Below, piece by piece: positions 12,998 to 24,169 of a stretch of 64,000 bases of DNA (its first letter is position 1; every line of letters begins with the position of its first letter). The notes beneath the pieces are model-generated. The model made no database searches and was not told where the DNA came from. It saw only the letters and a program-made list of their open reading frames with translations. Location: the NCBI GenBank assembly GCA_973895155.1, contig OZ316896.1, forward strand, positions 7,635,278 to 7,699,277, read 5' to 3'. Source of the stretch: Marsupella aquatica. Lineage: Eukaryota; Plantae; Marchantiophyta. The translations under genes were made by a program, and so were the position numbers.

Positions 12998-13459
12998 CTA
13001 GCTTTCAGAGTTGCAATCATCCTCCACTCCTGCCGCTTCTCTCCTTCGATTTTTCTTGAATCCAAGACCACGCAATCGAATGTATCTCTCAGAAGGACCC
13101 CGACGCACTGCCCTCGTATAACCTTCATTGGGAATGTTACTGTCCTTAAAGTCAACTTGCCCAAACATTTCTTGAACTCTCCTATCGATTGGCAATCCAC
13201 CATCAACAGGAACAGCCTGATGAGACGAGAACCTGCTTGCGAATGGGAGCGGAGGAGAATCGACGATCCACGGGATGTTTTTTTCTCCAGGACTAATAGC
13301 CTCATCATACGGTAGAGCGTGACGGTTCCGGAAAGTTGAGGTTTCACTATCCTCAGTCTCCATCCGTGACTCAAAAGAACTGAAATGGCTCTCTTTCGGA
13401 TGCACACGAGAAAGGAGGAACGCTGCCTCCCAATCCATGAGCTCACCGTTTCTCTCCAT
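12998..13459 (-). CDS. Small MULE cargo protein of unknown function (153 aa)
   Basis: Open ATG-started frame, conserved in copy A (2721-3133). Confidence 0.45.
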   Translation of the reverse strand: MERNGELMDWEAAFLLSRVHPKESHFSSFESRMETEDSETSTFRNRHALPYDEAISPGEKNIPWIVDSPPLPFASRFSSHQAVPVDGGLPIDRRVQEMFGQVDFKDSNIPNEGYTRAVRRGPSERYIRLRGLGFKKNRRREAAGVEDDCNSES

Positions 13460-13559
13460 GTTTAATAAATCCGATCAAGTGGAAACTTCCCCTCCGAAAA
13501 AATGTGAAAACTTCCCGCAAAAGGCCCTCAAAGGTCCGAAAATGCTCGTGGGTCAGAAA

Positions 13560-13830
13560 GATCTCGTCCGGGAGGAAAGTCTCCCACGAAATACCCGAAA
13601 TGTATCTCCCAAAAAGGGGCCGCAAACGGGCGTCGGTCCCAAAATAGTCGCCTGTCCAAAAACTTGTCGTCCGCGACAAGTGTCGTCCTTGAAAACTGTT
13701 GTCAAAAAGAGATCCTAAAATATCGTCCGAGAGAGATGCCGTCAACAAGAGATCCTAAAATGTCGTGCGAAAAAGCTGTCAACAAGAGATCCGAATGTCA
13801 TCCAAGAGATCCGAAAATGTCATCCGAATA
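13560..13830. repeat. Subterminal tandem repeats (GTCAACAAGAGATCC units)
   Basis: Reverse complement of the array at 1190-1470. Confidence 0.75.
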
Positions 13831-14158
13831 TAGCCGATGTGGGTTTCTTTGGAAAACTAACGGACCTAAATGAAATGGCCGTTGGTATCCAAAACGTATA
13901 TTATACTCTGTATTGACTACTATTTGTCTCATTCTGATGACCGTTGGTAGGACACGACAAAGACCAAACGACCGTGTTACACAAATAAGAGCTAGAAATA
14001 TTCACTTTATGAATCACCATTTGGCGAGCACCTGGCGCTTGTAAAAACACAAGGAATCAGACATTAATTGATTAGGACTCAATGAGAGGATTTTAATACA
14101 AGTTGGTACTAGCGCCAGGCACTGGTAAAAAATTTCTCCATAAATTCCTCAATACGTG

Positions 14159-17100
14159 TCACAATTCTGCAGATTCTGATTCGGAACCAGAATCTGAACT
14201 CTCGGATTTGTCCGTGGACACAGCCTCATCATCTACGTACTGGCTGCGGGAGAAGTCATCAACATAAGGATGTTTAATGAACTTCCTGTCAACACCCCTT
14301 CGTAACCGAAGACCTTTGTTTTCCCAGAAAAGCGTCCTTGTACTCTCGGCTTTCCTTGCGGCTTTCTCTGCATAGGAGGGGAGAACAAAAGGTTTTTCTG
14401 GTGTTTCTATGTTGTGTCTAGCAACCCTCCTTCGCAGTTTGAAACGTCTCCTCGCATTCCACTCTGACCTGATCAAACAAAATCCAGCAAGTTAGGTGCC
14501 TTTCTCCAAAACAACACAGAAATGTTATAAATTGACGGGAATGGAGAAAGAAGCTTACGAGTTTATGAACATTACTCGGAAGAGTCATCACTATCGGTTT
14601 CATCTGGAGATCCACGAGGTTCTTCCTTTTCCTCCTCCGAGTCCCCTGTACCTTGTTCCTCTCCACCTCCACCTTCACTGGACTCATCATCAGAATCAAA
14701 ATTGCGTACCGACCGAAGCTTATCCCGCTTCTTTCTGTCGGCAATAGGAACATGTGGAGGCAAAACCGCAATCTCTTTGGGAGACAACAAATCCATGAAA
14801 ACCTTTGAAGTGGTTTCAATAAATTCTTTTTCTATGTTCTATCCCGAGCACAAACCTCCCGGAGAAGACTCCAGCAACGAAGGAGCTTCCAGCCCCAGCG
14901 GTCCAATCCATAAAAATATCATGAGGTCGGGTGACAAGCTCAATGACAGATTGCATAAACCCAAGAGATAGGCGAGCATTTCCAGAAAATTCCATTTGCG
15001 GGAATGGATCGGATTTGAGAGAAGGGAGTCCGATCAAATTGGTGACCGAGGGGTCCTCACTGATGGAGAGTGGACGGAATTTAGGGTCTTTGGGAATTTT
15101 GCATTTCCCATTAATTCGACCAAATATGTCTAGCCTGAGGGTAAACATCTGCAGAAAGCAATCCCAAGTGTCAGTTGGCAACTCCAGGTTAAACGAGTTA
15201 TATTTCAAAATGCGACATAGTTAAGAGTACATAATTACCTGACGGTCTGTCTTTGCTGCGTACATCAGGATAGACATTACAACATTATGCGTGCATATGC
15301 ACTGAAATTTTCTCGATTCCTGACAGGCAGCAATGACTTGAGACATGGGATCATACTCCCCATTGTGTAGAATTGCAAGGAATCCATCATCTGATAGAAA
15401 TGGATCCATGGACTTGAAAAAAGATCTAGCCATGGAGTGATCTGAAGTGTTCCATTTAGGAACCTTCTTATCTATGATCGTTGGTTTGAACCCGGTCGGT
15501 AGGTAAATGAAACCCACATCCACTCCAAACGATCTTTCTTTTCCTCCCCGCACAACACCCTTCTCTTTATATCCCGACTTAACGAGATCCTTCCCCCACT
15601 TCTCCACATTACTAACCCATTCAGGTTTTTCCCCCTTGTTGAAAGTCCAGTCAAAAAATTCGGATATGCTTGTCTCAACCATGGCATGACGAGACACTCT
15701 AGTTTTGAAGTTTCCAACTTCACGTTGGACACCAGATGCTGCAACTCTCCCTTGAAGAAGGTCCACCTTCGATAGCTCTCTTTTGTTTCTTCCTGGTACT
15801 TGTGGCGTCGACCGGAACTATTACCTTCCCCTTGTCGATAGGAGTAATGGGGTCCGATCGAGCTCCGGTGTTTGCCTCAGAAACTTCAGGTGTAGCATCC
15901 ACTTTAGTATCTCCTGTTCCCGCTGTATTAGACTTCCTCCCTCCTAAATTACCAATAGGTCCTAGTTAGAACAAGTAAATCCTGAGTATTCAAACAAGCT
16001 AGCGCCAGGCGCTAGCCAAATGAAAATCACTTAGGTTTCAACAAAAGGCCTAAGAATCTAGAAAGAAATTTGAATTCGCATGACATTTCTAGCCAGCGCC
16101 AGGCGCTGGCCAAACCACGGAACATTATACTCACTTTTCCTCCCAGATTTTGTTGACTCGCTTGGTGCTGCTAACTCCGCTTTTGCTTTCGCTCGAGGTT
16201 TTCGACTTCGGTCCACATGAACAATAGTCGTTTCACAGATACTTTGCAAGTCTGTGGCAGACTTGTCTACATCGTCTATTAGGCCCTGCTTCATGTCAGA
16301 CACAATTTTTGCTGGTATGTGGGACTTTGAAAGCTTATGGAATGCATCTTTCTCCCTTTGATCAAAAGGAGAATCCCATCTATCTGTATCTAGATACCAG
16401 GGGCAATGAGTTCTCTCCCATTCTGTCATAGGTCTCGGAGGAAATATGCCCTCCGCTTGGTACATGGAGTACAAATCAGCTATGGCGTCATCCTCACTTA
16501 TTCTAATCCACTTCATGAAAGCTGCAGGATATGCCCAGAAGTAATCAGGTTTGGTTACCTCCATGTGCATGTAGAACCTGTAAAGATACCTTTTAGCCCG
16601 CTTCTGGTTTTTCTGGGTGTAGTCTTCTTTGTCTGGATACTTTGAAGGCCACATAGTGTGAAAGAACTTACTCTTCACAGAATCACCATATCTCTTGAAT
16701 TCATTTGTAACAAACTGAACGAGATCATCAAACGAACCACAATTCCACTCTTCTAATCTAGTCGCGGGCATCGTCTGCTCTACTTCACGCAGACATGAAT
16801 GTAACATGCCGACAGCAATTCCCTCTACACTATTCCAAGTGATCCAAGTATGACACCATTGTTTGACTGGGTCGTCGTTAACACTTGTTGGGTGGAAAAA
16901 CTGTCTCCGTAGCTCAGGATTGCAATGTGCCACAAGTAGGGTGCTTTGCAACTTTGGGTCTAGGGCAGAAACAGCAGTGAACAATCGGGCGCGGTCCATT
17001 GTACATACGACGGCGTTTGGCTTCTTCTCTCTCTTGTTTCTCTCTGTGACAGCATACATTTCTGCACATGTACTAAGAAAATCTTCAAATTCAGGACTTA

Positions 17101-18342
17101 ACAAGGGCATAATTTTTGAGGACTTCACTGCCCAGTCTTTGGTTGCATCCTTCATCATGGCTGCATGGCATTTGGAAATCTCGTCCACCGACCAGGGACT
17201 CCCTTGAGCCTTGGCTGCCTCCATGTCAAGCTTGAATTGGTGAGAATAGGACTTTATCTTATTCTCACATAGAATGTAAACAAGAGCTTCCTGTGGCATC
17301 TTCTTCGTATACCATGACCCCTTCCGAGTCTTTAGCCGAATGCTCTCAAACTTCTTGAAATTAGCCGGGTCAATCAGTTTACTGTAATACTCAAGGTCAT
17401 GCGCCAGAATTCGTTTGATTCTATCTGCATCGAGAATCCATGATGGCTCAACAACGGCTTGGCCAAGCCTACACGAAGAGATGCAGCGAGTTAGACTCGA
17501 AGTACAATTTATGTATAACCAGCGCCGAGCACTCTTAAATAGAACACTCGCAAGATTCAAAGAAGGTACCAGAAAAAAATGAGAACTTACTGATTCACTG
17601 TGTGCATAGCTGCCTCGATTTCAATAAGAGATCCCTTGTCTCCCTTAAATATTGTGCAGAGCACTCGAGGATGGTATTTTGGATTGTCAGGGTTCTCCTC
17701 TGTAACAAGCGTCCATGAGTACAGCCTGTGATTTCCATCGAAGACAGAGAACATCTTATCCTTCAACATGAGAAAATCTGGATCGGCCTCGCATTCAGCC
17801 TCAAACTTCTCGTTCTCCAATTGCCAAATTGGATCCCATGACTCACGAATTTCCTGGGTATAGGTCAGAACAATTCCATTCTCATCCGTTGGCTGGACAT
17901 AGAAACGCATTCCTATGGATGAATTGTAACCCATACTGCGAAACGAGTCTTTCAGCTTCTCGATGGAAGAGCTATCTTTCTGCAAAGTATGAACCACCTC
18001 CATGTGAACCAATCGGCATAGAGGGATTCGAGGCGGCTCCTTGTTGAATCCACGAGAATCCTTTCCAAAACACATGACATGTTTTGAGATGAGATCAGTC
18101 TCCGCGAGTGCGCAGTCTGAAACATCTTGGATCGCAATCGTGTCGAGGTTCTCCATCTTTCTACGCAGAGATTTAGGAACCAAAATAGAGCTAACAGAAG
18201 TAGGAGGCAGCAACTTTGTGGAACGAGTTACACGACGTGTATAAACTGAACCAGTAAACGAAGACTACGAGGATTCAGAATAAGCTCGCTCTTGGTCAGG
18301 AACAGAACTATACGCTCTGGATGAAGAGGGGAATACCTCCAT
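14159..18342 (-). pseudogene. ParB/Srx-like domain plus beta-class N4/N6 DNA methyltransferase-like fusion gene (~1200 aa, 5 exons; one early stop and two frameshifts)
   Basis: Exon 1 (18342-17591) has IEKLKDSFRSMGY...FSVFDGNHRLYSW (ParB/Srx signature). In-frame GT-AG introns lie at 17590-17469, 16134-15962, 15238-15149 and ~14576-14471. Exon 3 has VDVGFIYLPTGF (motif IV position, degenerate) and FLSDDGFLAI (motif VI-like). Exon 4 has RPHDIFMDWTAGAGSSFVAGVFSGRFVLGIE (motif I/II). Confidence 0.75.
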
Positions 18343-18614
18343 CGTCTTCCTTCCAGAAGCGTACGAACTATCATACAATGAAATTATGGAACTCTAATCA
18401 AATCTCAACGTGTAATATATTCTAGAAGGAGGGTCGAGTTCAGCGGAACTCTTCGATTAAAGCGAGAAGCTCGTAAGTTTGGCAGATTTGAATGTATGTA
18501 TGTGGAGAACTTAATTAGCTAAATCAAGCGGTAGAAGAAGCATAACACACACGGAACTCACAAGTTACCGTTAAATGTTACCGTTATGACCATTTCCTCC
18601 CTCAATCGGAATAC

Positions 18615-19037
18615 TAGCGCCGGGCGCTATTATAAACAACTTCCCGTGAAGTAGATAATTGGGATGATTGTCATGGCAGCGCCCGGCGCTAGTAAAAACA
18701 ACAGCTATACAATAGGTCTGAAATGGTGTCTAGAATACATAAATTTCGCCGGGTGGGAATACAAAAAACCCATATTTGAAGAAATGTCTATTGTTTTAAT
18801 GGTTTTTGGAGAAAATTGCTTGCATCCCATACTAGCGCCCGACGCTAGTGATAACGAGTATTTTTCATCCATAGTTTTAAAAGAATTCACATTTTCATTC
18901 ATCATTTAAATCCAATTATTTCATAGTATTGATGGATATCTAGAGGGTTTTTCGTATACTAGCGCCAGGCGCTAGTATGGAATATCGAGATTTGGGGTAT
19001 ATTGTGTTTGAGATATTTTAGTTAGGGCCAGGCGCTA
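18615..19037. promoter_or_regulatory. Cluster of five TAGCGCCNGGCGCTA palindromes in the divergent promoter region between the ParB-MTase gene and the transposase fragment
   Basis: Copies at 18615, 18677, 18833, 18960 and 19023. 18956-18978 extends to a 23-bp palindrome. Function is inferred only. Confidence 0.65.
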
Positions 19038-19314
19038 CTCAAAATGTTCCAACTATACAATATCTTAGAGTCTGTTAAAGATTTTTGTGGTGTCTTTTTT
19101 GGCATTATTTATGCGTCTGACATCCGGACTTATCGGGGAAAAACGACAAAATTCATTTATGGCACCAACGGATCCTATGTCGACTTTGTTTTATGTCTTC
19201 TACAAACGGATATGTTCACGTGAAGTTCCCATGTTCGACTGATATAAGCTCCATATTACCATAGACTTTTCTTCCTCGAAACATTACAGCCCTCGTTATT
19301 TGTTTTTGATTGCA

Positions 19315-19910
19315 ATGTCTCGGTCCATCGTTCTATCCCGATTCGGGACTGGGGATATTGTGACCATCCCCGTCCCTGTGGAAGACACGTACAAGCAGGT
19401 CCGGGAGAGATACCTTTGCGGGAGATTTGATTTGAAGATGAATGATATTGAGGCCATTCTTCGAGAGCTCAAAACCAGTGATGACATCGAAGATGCAGCA
19501 ACATTCAATGTGGATGATGGTGAATGGTTTTGGCATCTATACGCGGGGATTTCGTACTCACTTCGAGTAAGACACCATGAAGGACCGTCCACTGTCCCCC
19601 AAGTTCCATTTGATGTTGTCGAGATTTCTTCTAGTGAAGATGGGGATCACACTCCAAGTCCTACGTTGAAAATGGAAGTCCCGCAATGTGCTGTCGTTAA
19701 AGGTGAGACTCTAGGAAGCTCCAACCAGTTGGAGGTCGTGTATCGGCAAAGTGCGATGGATACATTACTCAAATCCACTGGTCATAGTGAGTTATCGAGG
19801 TTCATATCAGCAGGTGATTTCAGACATGAGCAGGTCTCCTGTCTGCCAACTAAGTATAATGGGAACGTCGTGTTTGAATTGCCACCCATTGACAAGATGC
19901 TCTCTAAAGG
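19315..19910 (+). pseudogene. 5' fragment of a second (paralogous) MULE transposase
   Basis: VYRQSAMDTLLKSTGHSELSRFI...SCLPTKYNGNVVFELPP matches VYRQSAMDTILKSKGHSELSHFI...SSLPMTYNGNVVFELPP in 24404..25270. Homology ends at ~19910. Confidence 0.8.
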
Positions 19911-20615
19911 CTCTAGGCTTAGGGACAATCTATTCCTGAATAGGCTTAAAACGATTTCTCTCCTCTCCAAATCTATGTCCTCTCCTGTGAAATCAAAAGG
20001 AAGGTCCAAACTACGGTAGTTCGCAAACTTCATAACGAACACACCACAATTATAGTAATCAGTTTGTCTTGGGATGTCCTTGGGACTATGTTTTGGCCAT
20101 AGAGTAGCTAAGACTTGCTTGTGACTTCTGCTTTGAATTTCATCCTTGACATATCTGGCTAAGTTTTCAAGAACCTCTGGCCTATTGTTATGCAGAGAAT
20201 TGAGATATTCTAAATACTTGTGTTCCATGTCAATCACAACTAACGCCCAATGATCGCCACCTTCGTGAATGGGGATGAATATTCGATGACAATCAATTAA
20301 GAAATATTTCAGTCGTGAAGTCCAAGCCTCCATGGATCGGTAAGAGTAGCCATTCGACGTCAATGCAGTATAGAACCAAGTGTCAAACACATGGCACTTC
20401 AGAAGCTCCCTGTCGGAATGTTCATTCCTCTCCACTATGAGACTTAAGTAGGCATTTAGAATATCGGAACTTATCCAATTTCTAGGACTCAGGCACCTCA
20501 TTTGTCCACGAGTTATTAGGCACCCATTAGTCCTGGCTAGAACCGCATCCTGATCCAACAGATCATTGAGGCAATTGTCAATCCTCGTTTTGTTTCCGGA
20601 GATGGGAGAGGACAT
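19782..20615 (-). pseudogene. Ulp1/SENP-type SUMO protease (peptidase C48) domain; C-terminus reads through into the antisense of the transposase fragment
   Basis: WISSDILNAYL, FDTWFYTAL, IFIPIHEGGDHWALVVID, PRQTDYYNCGVFV. The expected YLDSL reads YLNSL, so the catalytic Asp appears changed to Asn. Frameshifted upstream sequence lies in 20537..21489. Confidence 0.9.
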
Positions 20616-21664
20616 TTGTTTATGTTTAGAACTTTATGACTTGAGACAAGAGAGAGGAAATTGGCACCTGCCTCATTGGTTGCCTCCACACGATCGACTC
20701 GCCTCTCTGACACCTCAGGAAGATTCGCTGTGAGAGAAAATGAGTTATCATTCTCTCCTGTTACTTCAGTGCTACGAGAGTCAACATTGTCATTGCATTG
20801 AAATTCAATCAGAGTGTGATATTTTTCCACAATCCCAACCTCCTCCACAACAATCTCTTTTAAGGGTCCACAATCCACCACCCCCTTCTCGACATCCTCG
20901 AGTGTAGTTTTTGCCTCACAATCATCAAAAACTGGGCCACTTCGAAGAACTAAAGCATCAACCAGAAGAGATTGCTCAACACCTCTGTTGCACTCTAACC
21001 CTGGAGGGTCAAACAAATTTTGAGGATCTACACGATACGTGTGTAGGGAGACATCATCCACAACATCTTCCAGAGTTTCGTTGAACGCAATCAACCCCTG
21101 CCTGCCTGTAAGTTTTCAGAATTATCTGCCAAACCATAACCTCCTTCAGCCATTAGAAGAGGAAATCCTTCGCGACTTGCAATTGGAACGACTGATGGAC
21201 CAATTCTCATCTCCCCAATGGAACTTAGAAACTTTTCCTCCGCTTCCACCCCGGTGTAATGTAAAACTGTACCGGCAATCTGATAATGCTGGCCCTCTTT
21301 TGCTCCACTAGCATTGGAGTTTTGAGTCAAACTCCCTTCAAGGCCAGGAGGTTTCCACAATGATTTGGCAAACTGTGCAACTGGAACTAACAATTTAAGA
21401 TTCTTTGCATAAGCCGTGAGGTCAGAGACATCCTCACGGTCAGAGCAGAATGAAAAACACTCACGCTCAAGCATCAATGCATTCTTCAATACCTGCCCTC
21501 CTGTGAAAAAATCCAGGACAATTTCCTCCGCAATACAGTGATTTCTGCACGAGACGCGTGTAGAGGGTGACAGACGGGGTATTTGATTTCAAGGATTGAC
21601 TTGACTTCAAATGGTCTTTGGTCAAGACTATTCCAATGACTAACCATCCAGATTCGATATTTTT

Positions 21665-22723
21665 ATGTTTGTAGAGTTTGTTCCCAAACTCCACTCAGAG
21701 ATCAAGCGAAAGCTCTTGATTTTTGACCTTAATAAGGTTTGTTTTGATTCCGTAAAGAGTAAAAGCTCCGGACCATTTCGGAGACTCACATCTGTGAGGG
21801 GCGTTCACTGGGGAAGACAGGGCGGGAACACATTTATGTATGTGGAGCGTCCAGGACTTCACGAATTTTTACAAGTGATTTTCAGGTATTACGATGTCGC
21901 GATTTGGACTTGTGCGGGAAGGCCGAGAACAAATGAAATGATGGATCTTGTTTTCAACGATGCTGAACAAAAGCAGTTCAAGTTTGTATTCACCCAAGAA
22001 GAAACGTTTGACACTGGCTTTTTGAGGTCAGATATTACGGATGGGAAGGCAAACATACTTCTCAAGGAAATCCAAACTGTTTGGGATCGTTTTGGCAATA
22101 GATATGGTCCGACAAATACTGTTCTCATTGATGACTCTCCTCTGAAGTGTTTCGCGAATCCAAATGTTAACTCATTGTTTCCAGTTCCATTTGTTCACAA
22201 CATGGGAGGCGACACTTTTATGATGGAGATATTGCTTCCACTTCTTCAAAGAATGCACAATGCTTTTGATGTAAGACACTTTCTGAATGTTAACTACCCA
22301 AAATGGTCCGCCTACAATAAGGGTGAAGCCCAAAGGAGGCATTGTGATATCTTTGCAGGACTCACTCAAGCCTGGGGGCACCGTGTTGCTGGCATCATCA
22401 ATAATTTCACTGTCCTTGACCACTCGGCAGACGAGATTTCCTGGGAAGTGAAGCATACCGTGCAAAGTTTGCCACCGGTGCAGGATATGAGTGACCGTGA
22501 CATCAATTCAATTGCTAAAGGTCTACTTGGAGATGGTTATTCCGGCCCATATTTGCAAAATAAGCGGCAATTTGTTTGGGAAGTCCTAAAAACTAGGGAC
22601 CTTACTTCTAAGTTTAGAAACTTGTATCCTAAAGACGCTTGCAACCGAGATAGAAAGTTTGATAAGTCAAGAAAAGTAGACTTACTTGCTCAAATATGTT
22701 TTGTAGCAACACACATTCAATGA
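21665..22723 (+). CDS. FCP1/NIF-family HAD phosphatase domain protein (352 aa, intronless)
   Basis: KLLIFDLNKV (motif I variant), YVERPGLHEFL, YDVAIWTCA, LLKEI, NTVLIDDSPLK. Confidence 0.85.
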   Translation: MFVEFVPKLHSEIKRKLLIFDLNKVCFDSVKSKSSGPFRRLTSVRGVHWGRQGGNTFMYVERPGLHEFLQVIFRYYDVAIWTCAGRPRTNEMMDLVFNDAEQKQFKFVFTQEETFDTGFLRSDITDGKANILLKEIQTVWDRFGNRYGPTNTVLIDDSPLKCFANPNVNSLFPVPFVHNMGGDTFMMEILLPLLQRMHNAFDVRHFLNVNYPKWSAYNKGEAQRRHCDIFAGLTQAWGHRVAGIINNFTVLDHSADEISWEVKHTVQSLPPVQDMSDRDINSIAKGLLGDGYSGPYLQNKRQFVWEVLKTRDLTSKFRNLYPKDACNRDRKFDKSRKVDLLAQICFVATHIQ

Positions 22724-23149
22724 TCGTTATTTAAAAATTTGGAGACTTGTAATATTGAGGGGAGGCCTATTACAAGTAAACAATTGTTATGGACTTCTGT
22801 ATGGTTCCCGTTAGTGGGTGACAATGAAAATGTGACATTACTCATGTGACTATTCTCCACCAAATTCGTACGCCAAAAATGTATTTTACATGGATTTGGA
22901 ATTTTCAACTGGTGTTTAGGAAACTTGAAAGAGTGTTCTAGAAATTCCAATTCCAAGTTTTGGAAACTTCATTTAAGGTTGTTGGATAATGTATTTATTT
23001 AATTTGGAAATTTTACCAAGCCACTTTAGAAAAAAGAATTTCCAGAATTAGTGAAATCACTGATATTTTTAAAAAACTGAGGAGTAACCTCCAGCTAGAT
23101 TCCGAGACTACCATGCTGGCAAAAGATTGACTACCATTACTACCATTAT

Positions 23150-23704
23150 TGCAACAACTGGTCGTGGCTGTCAACAATGGACTCCACCAAATGGAGTTGG
23201 CCATCTACTTAGGACTACTTTGTTCTCCAGGATCAGATGATCGATGCGTAGCCAGGGTAAGTTAATCTTCCCACCAGCTTGGCTTGTACGCGTCCGAATC
23301 GTCGTTGGAATCACTAGAGAACCAACGCTCCAGCGAAACCCACCCCAACTACAAGAGGAGTCGTCGTTGGACCCCGAGTCGTTGTGGGTCCCTGCGTTGT
23401 TGTCTGTATCCTCGCCTTCACTAGAAGAACTTGTGCCATGCCCAGGTGGCTGGTGCAAAGAAGAGAACTCCGCCTTTGACACCCAAGATTTCTGCACGGA
23501 GGGTTGAACTTATGCCTTAGCCAGAGGAGCACCATCTGGTGCGGATACAGTTACCCAAGTCTTCACGATCACTTTCCCCTTTGCTGAGATTGGGACGGTC
23601 GAATGAGCTAGAGGCTTCGGGAGAGACTTCTCCAGAGCACCCTCTCCATCGTTGTCGCTTTGAAATGTAACCTTCACCTTCCCCTTCGCTCGTGGTGGAG
23701 CCAT
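23150..23704 (-). pseudogene. Probable first exon of a cargo gene (possibly the Ulp1 gene), with in-frame stops
   Basis: MAPPRAKGK... (23510..23704) continues past a stop into 23171..23497. It is divergent from the transposase. Confidence 0.45.
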
Positions 23705-24041
23705 GGAAACTTAAACAAACAACTCTGCAAGATCAAGACTGAACGAAAGTTTCTCGAATGAAATTGAACGCAGGAGCGCAAAAAAGTTTATGAGAACAAA
23801 GAACTCCAAATGATGAGAGGCAGACTCGCCGGCCAGGTTTTGGGGACAAAGGTGAGAACGTTTGGACCCCGGATGGACATCTCAGATGTAAGGGTTTCCA
23901 ATCGTGCAATAGATGACCGAGATGCGTCGGTAGATTTTTGAGATCTCTCGATTGTGAAAACTTTAATGCACATGTGCGTATTTGGACCGCGTCATGGATT
24001 TCCTGTCTGTTGTTAGAGTTATAACGTACGAGCTTTGATGA

Positions 24042-24169
24042 TAGCACCGAGCGCTATTATTACTATCGGAGTTTTCCCTCCCTCCTCGCCATGCGGTATT
24101 GTCTTTGGTCCAGAGTCATTCTTCCATTGTGAAGTTGTTTTTCGTTCACAAAAGTAGCGCCCGGCGCTA
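24042..24169. promoter_or_regulatory. Two TAGCGCCNGGCGCTA palindromes upstream of the transposase
   Basis: TAGCACCGAGCGCTA at 24042 and perfect TAGCGCCCGGCGCTA at 24155. Confidence 0.6.

Noticed and set aside
14159-18342. Bacterial restriction-modification or partition locus (contamination)
   Set aside because: The gene has spliceosomal introns and is embedded among plant transposons. No nuclease or ParA partner is seen.
19782-20019. Genuine overlapping convergent genes
   Set aside because: The overlap is mutual read-through across a deletion junction at ~19910.
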